Shown: piece after piece, positions 58,184-64,000 of the stretch
How positions within the stretch are numbered: the first letter of the stretch is position 1
Layout of the letters: each line of letters opens with the position of its first letter
NCBI GenBank assembly: GCA_051859245.1
Contig: JBHYGA010000006.1
Span: 251,591-315,590 of the forward strand
Source: Gemmatimonadaceae bacterium
GTDB lineage: Bacteria > Gemmatimonadota > Gemmatimonadetes > Gemmatimonadales > Gemmatimonadaceae
DNA length: 64,000 nucleotides
Direction of reading: 5' to 3'
Program-made: the position numbers and the translations under genes
The notes under the pieces: model-generated
The model's input: the letters and a program-made list of their open reading frames with translations, nothing else
Told to the model about the DNA's origin: nothing
The model's database searches: none

Positions 58184-59037
58184 TCAGTGCGCCAGACTAC
58201 GAATTCCTGAGCGAGTTGCTCAAGCGCCGGAGCGGCCTCACGCTGGGACCGGGCAAGGAGTACCTGATTGAAAGCCGTCTTCCCCCGGTGGCCGTGACGT
58301 ACGGTTACGCCGACGTGAACGCGTTGATTCAGGCGCTGCGCGGCACGCCGCAACCCGCCATGGTGAAGCATGTGTGCGACGCCATGACAACAAACGAAAC
58401 GCTGTTCTTTCGCGACAATAAGCCGTTCGTTGCGCTGGAGAATGAGCTGTTGCCAGCAGCCGCGAAGCGAGCGCGCGATGCGGGCCGACCGCTACGCATC
58501 TGGTGCGCGGCGGCGTCCACCGGACAGGAGCCCTACTCGATCGCGATGATTGTGGCCAAAGTTGAACCGCAACTGCTCGGTACACGCGTCGAAATTCTGG
58601 CCACGGATTTTTCGACCGCCGTACTGTCGCGCGCGAAATCGGGCCTGTACAACCAGTTCGAGATCCAGCGCGGTCTGCCAGTGCAGCTCATGATGAAGCA
58701 CTTCAAGCAGACGCCCGAAGGATTTCAGCTCAACGATGATGTGCGGAAGCGCGTCACGTTTCAGGAGAACAACTTGCTGGATCCGTTTCCGGCGTCGTGG
58801 CAGTTCGATATCATCTTCTGCCGCAATGTGCTGATCTACTTTGATGTGGCCACCAAGAAGGCGGTGCTGGACCGCATGGCCGCCTTGCTCACCAAGGGTG
58901 GTTCGATCTTTCTGGGCGGTACGGAAAGCACGCTAGGCGTGACCGACTCGCTCGTGCGCGTGCCCAATCATCCGGCCGGGCTCTGCTGCAAACCCATCGA
59001 TCTCGATGTGCACGCGAGCACCAGTCGAGCGGCCTGA
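58180..59037 (+). CDS. cheR: Chemotaxis methyltransferase CheR
   Basis: TTNETLFFRD, IWCAAASTGQEPYS, FDIIFCRNVLIYF. Confidence 0.96.
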   Translation: MISAPDYEFLSELLKRRSGLTLGPGKEYLIESRLPPVAVTYGYADVNALIQALRGTPQPAMVKHVCDAMTTNETLFFRDNKPFVALENELLPAAAKRARDAGRPLRIWCAAASTGQEPYSIAMIVAKVEPQLLGTRVEILATDFSTAVLSRAKSGLYNQFEIQRGLPVQLMMKHFKQTPEGFQLNDDVRKRVTFQENNLLDPFPASWQFDIIFCRNVLIYFDVATKKAVLDRMAALLTKGGSIFLGGTESTLGVTDSLVRVPNHPAGLCCKPIDLDVHASTSRAA

Positions 59038-59054
59038 TACGGGAGCGCATGCAA

Positions 59055-59076
59055 CCTCAGGCCGTTCGGCCTGAGG
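59055..59076. terminator. Hairpin between convergent cheR and a hypothetical gene
   Basis: CCTCAGGCC-GTTC-GGCCTGAGG perfect stem; no U-tract. Confidence 0.45.
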
Positions 59077-59397
59077 CTACTCGAGCCAGATTTCAACCTG
59101 ACGATTGGATTCCCGCAGCGAAAAGATCGAGCGCGGAAATAGCTCCTCAGCGCGATGAAGTTCGATCGCCAGCGCGTCCAGTGGAATGTCTTCCGCGCGA
59201 ATCCGTTTCACGACGTCGTCAGGAATGATGTCGATCAGCCACTTGGCGCTGCGTGCGGGAAGCGAGACGCGCACGCGCTCCTCGCCATCACGCACCACGG
59301 TGACCATCAGATTTTTCGCCGGCTGCGAAGCATCAATGTGGCGCGGCACGCCACTCGAGAAGAGTCCGCGGACCCAGGTGTAGGGACAGCCTGCCAT
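59077..59397 (-). CDS. Hypothetical protein
   Basis: GGGAG RBS before ATG 59397; 106 aa globular-looking sequence; start uncertain. Confidence 0.6.
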   Translation of the reverse strand: MAGCPYTWVRGLFSSGVPRHIDASQPAKNLMVTVVRDGEERVRVSLPARSAKWLIDIIPDDVVKRIRAEDIPLDALAIELHRAEELFPRSIFSLRESNRQVEIWLE

Positions 59398-59526
59398 ACG
59401 CACTCCCGAAGATGGTGACGACGTACGGCGCATGACGCGGTCCGCACGTTTCGGAGTGTCGGCAGCGGGAAGAGCAGAGTGAAATGCGCCCGTTCCCTCG
59501 GGGCACCACTCGCGACCCACACCGTG

Positions 59527-59754
59527 TCAGGTACGCGTGCCCCGCTGCGCGTCAAAGAGCACACTGCGCTTGCACGATGGGCAGAGCAGCCACTCGCGTC
59601 GACGCGAGTACCCGAGTCCGAAGCTGCCACCACCAATGGCGCGGTGACGCAGTGGCACATCGCAACGCGGACAAATCGCCGACGCGTCACGCGCGTAGGC
59701 CTCGCGGAGCGCCTTCTCTTCGATGGGCGTATACGACGCGGAATCGGCGTTCAT
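59527..59754 (-). CDS. Small zinc-ribbon protein
   Basis: CPRC...CPSC; ATGA overlap with the upstream oxidoreductase gene. Confidence 0.7.
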   Translation of the reverse strand: MNADSASYTPIEEKALREAYARDASAICPRCDVPLRHRAIGGGSFGLGYSRRREWLLCPSCKRSVLFDAQRGTRT

Positions 59755-60809
59755 GGTGCGACGCGCACCACGACTTTGCCGAACTGCTCGCCCGACGACA
59801 ACCGCTCGTACGCCGCCCGCCCATCCACGAGCGGATACACGGAATCAACGGGCGGCAACAGGTTGCCTTCGCGCAGTTGTTGCGCAATCGCCGCAAACTC
59901 ACTGTCGCTGCCCATGGTGGAACCCATCAGCGTCCACTGGTTCCAGAACATGCGGCGCACATCGGTTTGCACCATCGGTCCTGAGGTACCACCGCACGTG
60001 ACAAGTCGACCGCGCTTGCCGAGCGCGATCAGCGATTGCGTCCACGTGGCCTCACCCACACTGTCGATCACCACATCCATGCCGCGCTTGTTCGTTGCCA
60101 GGCGCACCTGTTTGCCGGCGTCACCGGCGCGATGATTGATCACATGATCGGCGCCAAGCTGCTGCGCGCGCGCGAGTTTGTCATCACTGCCCGACGTTAC
60201 CCACACGGTGGCGCCAAGCGATTTGCAAATCTGCAACGCCGCCAGCGCAACGCCGCCCCCTATGCCCCAGATGAGCACATGATCACCCGCACGAACGCGC
60301 GCACGGGTTGTCACCATGCGCCACGCGGTGAGTGTCGCCAACGGAAAGGCCGCGGCCTCGGCCCATGAAATCGTATCTGGAACCACTTCCAGATTGGCCG
60401 CCGGAACAACGACATAATCCGCCAGGGTCCCCGGTCGGTGCTCACCAAGCACGCCGTACGTAAGGCACAGCGGCTGATCGCCGTCGCGGCAGTATTCACA
60501 CGTGCACGATCGATCAACCACACCCGGGTTGATGATCACCCGTTGTCCAACGCGCACGTTGTGCACGTCGGAGCCAACCGCGTCAACTACGCCCGCGCCA
60601 TCGGAGCCCACCACCCACTTGGGTGTGATGTGCACACCGGGAATGCCGCCGAGCACCCAGAGATCAAGTCGGTTCAGTGCGGCGGCGTGCACGCGCACGC
60701 GCACATCGGTGGCCGTGGTGAGTTGTGGCACCGGTACGTCGTCGCGCATTTCGAGTTGCGACAGGTCACCGTGGGCTGAGATCGTCAGGGCGCGCATCGT
60801 GAGAGGCAT
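59751..60809 (-). CDS. MDR-family (Zn-ADH-like/quinone oxidoreductase) dehydrogenase
   Basis: AAALNRLD and GSDGAG (catalytic Zn ligands replaced); structural CTCEYC...C retained; GIGGGV; FGKVV. Confidence 0.9.
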   Translation of the reverse strand: MPLTMRALTISAHGDLSQLEMRDDVPVPQLTTATDVRVRVHAAALNRLDLWVLGGIPGVHITPKWVVGSDGAGVVDAVGSDVHNVRVGQRVIINPGVVDRSCTCEYCRDGDQPLCLTYGVLGEHRPGTLADYVVVPAANLEVVPDTISWAEAAAFPLATLTAWRMVTTRARVRAGDHVLIWGIGGGVALAALQICKSLGATVWVTSGSDDKLARAQQLGADHVINHRAGDAGKQVRLATNKRGMDVVIDSVGEATWTQSLIALGKRGRLVTCGGTSGPMVQTDVRRMFWNQWTLMGSTMGSDSEFAAIAQQLREGNLLPPVDSVYPLVDGRAAYERLSSGEQFGKVVVRVAP

Positions 60810-60936
60810 CGGCTCAAGGTAGATCGGCGTTGCCCCGCACGAAATGCCCGGTCCCCGCTCTATATTTCGCAGAATCCCCAACTCCACGTCGGGCGGTTGT
60901 CTTTCGTCCGTCGCATCCCACTGTCCAGCGTTTGCC

Positions 60937-62208
60937 ATGGCGTCCTTCCAAGTTCCCCCGCTCGGTGAATCCATCGTCGAAGCCACCGTCTCCCGCTGGC
61001 TCAAGCAGGTTGGCGAGGCCGTTGCGGCCGGTGAAACCCTGGTTGAGCTCGAAACCGACAAGATCACGGTGGAAGTGCCGGCACTTGAAGCAGGTACGCT
61101 GAGCGCGCGTCACAAGAACGAAGGCGACGTGGTGAACGTGGGCGACGCGCTGGGTGAGGTCACCGGTGGTGCGCCGTCCGCCGGAGCGCCGTCCGCCAGT
61201 GCGCCGGCAGCTGCGGCCCCAGCAGCGGCCGCACCCGCCCCAAGTGCCCCCGCTGCGGCAGCGGCGCCCGCAGCCGCGGCCCCAGCAGCGGCCGGAGCGG
61301 ACCCCAAGGCCTCACCCGCGGCTCGCCGCACCGCCGCCGAAACGGGCACCGATCTCTCACAGGTCGCCGGCACGGGACGCGGTGGCGTAGTGGCCAAGGT
61401 TGATGTCATTGCCGCCAGCAAGAGCGCGCCCGCTGCTGCACCAGCCGCTGCACCGGCCTCGCCGGCCGCCAAGGCACCGGCGTCGGCCCCGCGGGCTGCG
61501 ACCAGCGACGGCCCGCGCGAAACGCGTGAAAAGATGACCACGCGTCGCAAGCGCATTGCCGAAAACCTGCTGCAGTCGCAGCACAACACGGCGCACCTGA
61601 CCACGTTCAACGAAATCGACATGACGGCCGTGTCGGCGCTGCGTGATCGCATGCGTGACAAGGTGGAAAAAACGCACGGCCTGCGTCTCTCGTTCATGCC
61701 GTTCTTTGCGAAGGCGGCGTGCCTCGCGCTCGAAGCGTACCCCACGGTGAACGCGCAGCTCGACGGTGATCACATTGTGTACCACCACTACGTGAATCTT
61801 GGCATTGCCGTCGCGAGTGACGCTGGACTTGTGGTGCCGAACATCAAGGACGCCAACACGCGTTCACTGATCGAGATCGGTCACGACATTGGCGCGGTGG
61901 CCAAAAAAGCGCGTGATGGCAAGCTCGGAATTGATGATCTCATGGGCGGCACGTTCACGATCACCAACGGTGGCGTGTTTGGTTCGCTCGTCTCCACACC
62001 GATCATCAACTATCCGCAGGTTGGCATTCTTGGATTGCACAAGATCCAGGATCGCCCGGTGGCCGAAAACGGACAGGTGGTGATTCGCCCCATGATGTAC
62101 GTGGCGCTGTCGTACGATCATCGCATTATCGACGGCCAGCAGGCGGTGCTCTTCCTCGTGCGCGTGAAAGAGCTCATGGAAGACCCGGCCTCAATGCTTT
62201 TGTACTGA
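60937..62208 (+). CDS. sucB: 2-oxoglutarate dehydrogenase E2 (dihydrolipoamide succinyltransferase)
   Basis: [14 protein letters not shown] lipoyl site, [35 protein letters not shown]; start ATG 60937. Confidence 0.95.
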   Translation: MASFQVPPLGESIVEATVSRWLKQVGEAVAAGETLVELETDKITVEVPALEAGTLSARHKNEGDVVNVGDALGEVTGGAPSAGAPSASAPAAAAPAAAAPAPSAPAAAAAPAAAAPAAAGADPKASPAARRTAAETGTDLSQVAGTGRGGVVAKVDVIAASKSAPAAAPAAAPASPAAKAPASAPRAATSDGPRETREKMTTRRKRIAENLLQSQHNTAHLTTFNEIDMTAVSALRDRMRDKVEKTHGLRLSFMPFFAKAACLALEAYPTVNAQLDGDHIVYHHYVNLGIAVASDAGLVVPNIKDANTRSLIEIGHDIGAVAKKARDGKLGIDDLMGGTFTITNGGVFGSLVSTPIINYPQVGILGLHKIQDRPVAENGQVVIRPMMYVALSYDHRIIDGQQAVLFLVRVKELMEDPASMLLY

Positions 62209-62248
62209 ACGGTTCGACCGCGCACCACAAAGTCGAAAATTCCTGACC

Positions 62249-62288
62249 AAAAAAAGACACCCTGCACGGAAAACCGTGCAGGGTGTCT
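62249..62288 (-). terminator. Intrinsic terminator with U-tract on the minus strand
   Basis: 15-bp perfect stem AGACACCCTGCACGG-AAAA-CCGTGCAGGGTGTCT with an A7 run at 62249-62255. Confidence 0.7.
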
Positions 62289-62435
62289 GGCCGCGTACTG
62301 ACGTTACCGTACGAAGACGGGCTCCGCGTTCGGCGGTTGGAAGAGCATCGGAGCGCTGGCGCACCGTACTCACTGCGAACCAGACGCTTCAAGTTGTCTG
62401 GCGGTAACCTATGTCGCCATTCTCCGCAGGGATAT
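62249..62435. ncRNA. Structured ncRNA candidate (6S-sized, unassigned)
   Basis: Nested stems GTTACCG/CGGTAAC, GCTCCG/CGGAGC, CCAGAC/GTCTGG, plus terminal complementarity of 62420-62431 to the terminator hairpin. Confidence 0.45.
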
Positions 62436-62492
62436 AGGGCAAATGCCCAATTGCTAATCGTGACGTTCCGATACGCGCATTAACTTTTACTC

Positions 62493-63899
62493 ATGACCAC
62501 TCCCCAATCCTTCGACGTCGTCGTGCTCGGCGGCGGACCCGGCGGCTACGTCGCCAGTATTCGCGCCGCGCAGCTCGGCTTTTCCGTGGCCTGCGTTGAA
62601 GGCGACGCCACGCTCGGCGGCACCTGCGTCAACGTCGGATGTATCCCGTCCAAAGCGTTACTGAGCTCCTCCGAACACTACGAATGGCTGCGACTGCACG
62701 CCGCCGAGCATGGAATTACGGCCGACAACGTGCGAGTGGATCTCTCCACCATGCAGGCGCGAAAAGTGGACGTTGTGGCTCAGAACACCAAAGGTGTTGA
62801 GTTCCTCTTTCGCAAAAACAAGATCACGTGGGCCAAAGGCTTTGGCACCATGCAGGCGAACAACGTGATTGAAGTGCGCGCCAACGACGGCACCGTCACA
62901 CAGGTGCAAGGCAAGCATGTGATCCTGGCCACGGGATCTGTGCCGGTGCAGCTGCCCTTTCTTCCGTTCGACGAAAAGCGCGTGCACTCGAATGTGGGTG
63001 CGCTTCAGTTGAGCGAAGTGCCCAAACATTTGATTGTGATTGGCGGCGGCGTGATCGGACTCGAGCTGGGATCCGTGTGGCGTCGACTTGGCGCGAAGGT
63101 CACGGTCATCGAGTTCGCGCCCACAATTCTCATTGGCAACGACGACGACGTGATTCGCGAAGCGGACAAGATTTTCCGCAAGCAGGGGCTCGACATTCAC
63201 GTGGGCACCAAAGTGGTTGGTGCCGATGTGCGCGAGGACGGTGTCACGATTCACTGCGACAAGAATGGCGAGACTGTGTCGTTCGATGCCGATCACGTGC
63301 TCGTTTCTGTGGGCCGTAAGCCGGCACTGCGTGGAGTGGATGCGGCCGCGCTCGGACTCGCGCTCGGCGCGCGCGGCGAGATTCTGGTGGACGATCAGCA
63401 GCGCACCAACCTTCCCAATGTGTTCGCGATCGGTGATGTAACCGGTGGCAAACTGCTCGCGCACAAAGCCGAAGAAGAAGGTGTGATTGCCGCCGAAGTC
63501 ATCGCGGGCAAGCCGGTGCACATGCACCAGCAGACCGTACCAGGCGTGGTCTACACGTGGCCCGAAATCGCGACGGTCGGTTCTACCGAACAGGAAGTCA
63601 AGGCAAGCGGGCGCGCCTATCGCACGGGCAAGTTTCCGTTCAGCGCGAACGGTCGCGCGCGCACGATGGGCGAAACGTCAGGTTTTGTGAAGTTCGTGGT
63701 CGACGCCGAGAGCGACGAGATTCTCGGCTGTCACATGATTGGTCCGAACGTGGGTGATCTCATGGCCGAAGTGGTATTGGCCATGGAGTATCGCGGTTCG
63801 GCCGAAGACATTGCGATCACGGTGCATTCGCATCCGACGCTTTCGGAAACCACCAAGGAAGCGGCGTTGGCCGCGATCGGTCGCGTGTTGCACATGTAG
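62493..63899 (+). CDS. lpdA: Dihydrolipoamide dehydrogenase E3
   Basis: GGGPGGY, GGTCVNVGCIPSK, IGGGVIGLE, LAHKA, HSHPTLSE. Confidence 0.97.
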   Translation: MTTPQSFDVVVLGGGPGGYVASIRAAQLGFSVACVEGDATLGGTCVNVGCIPSKALLSSSEHYEWLRLHAAEHGITADNVRVDLSTMQARKVDVVAQNTKGVEFLFRKNKITWAKGFGTMQANNVIEVRANDGTVTQVQGKHVILATGSVPVQLPFLPFDEKRVHSNVGALQLSEVPKHLIVIGGGVIGLELGSVWRRLGAKVTVIEFAPTILIGNDDDVIREADKIFRKQGLDIHVGTKVVGADVREDGVTIHCDKNGETVSFDADHVLVSVGRKPALRGVDAAALGLALGARGEILVDDQQRTNLPNVFAIGDVTGGKLLAHKAEEEGVIAAEVIAGKPVHMHQQTVPGVVYTWPEIATVGSTEQEVKASGRAYRTGKFPFSANGRARTMGETSGFVKFVVDAESDEILGCHMIGPNVGDLMAEVVLAMEYRGSAEDIAITVHSHPTLSETTKEAALAAIGRVLHM

Positions 63900-63911
63900 G
63901 TTGGTGTTTCG

Positions 63912-63946
63912 AACGGCGGACGCCGAGGCGCCCGCCGTTTTGCTTT
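63912..63946 (+). terminator. Intrinsic terminator after lpdA
   Basis: AACGGCGGACGCC-GA-GGCGCCCGCCGTT stem-loop followed by TTGCTTT. Confidence 0.7.
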
Positions 63947-64000
63947 CTGATTCGGTCATTCGGCCCAGTAGCCGGAGCCCAGGGCTATTTGGCCTTTCGG

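Noticed and set aside
51210..59076. BLUF-che block as an intact mobile island
   Set aside because: No integrase, transposase, tRNA or flanking att repeats are visible and composition looks similar to the flanks; horizontal origin rests only on operon type.
62174..62483. Small ORFs in the sucB-lpdA intergenic region
   Set aside because: Non-ATG or weak starts, no RBS, no recognisable motifs; the region is better explained as structured RNA.

Overview
GC-rich (roughly two-thirds G+C by eye) bacterial chromosomal window. Gene content and protein style suggest Gemmatimonadota (Gemmatimonas-like), but this is an inference. Core and metabolic genes include map, cydAB, a caa3-type cytochrome c oxidase operon, dacB, gyrA, sucB, lpdA, and aspA carrying an extra cNMP-like domain. 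Accessory signalling and metal modules are interspersed. Highlights: (1) a stand-alone BLUF photoreceptor divergent from a complete alphaproteobacterial-style cheA-cheW-MCP-cheY-cheB-cheR operon whose only receptor is soluble and carries an FAD-type PAS plus an Aer2-type heme PAS, a candidate light/O2/redox taxis system; (2) a three-gene operon of uncharacterised proteins (Cys/His-rich protein ending PPPRA, outer-membrane barrel, periplasmic protein with four His-bearing helical repeats) behind a CsoR/RcnR-type operator, next to cytochrome bd and a DUF305 gene, a candidate copper system; (3) a sigma28-driven MCP-porin-binding-protein module and a LivJ-like binding protein-MCP pair, both without ABC permeases; (4) a four-copy ~110-130 bp hairpin repeat family with a conserved core and covarying outer stems; (5) a structured ~185 nt ncRNA candidate between sucB and lpdA. 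No rRNA, tRNA, CRISPR array, transposase or integrase was recognised. All calls are from motif recognition by eye; no database searches were run.
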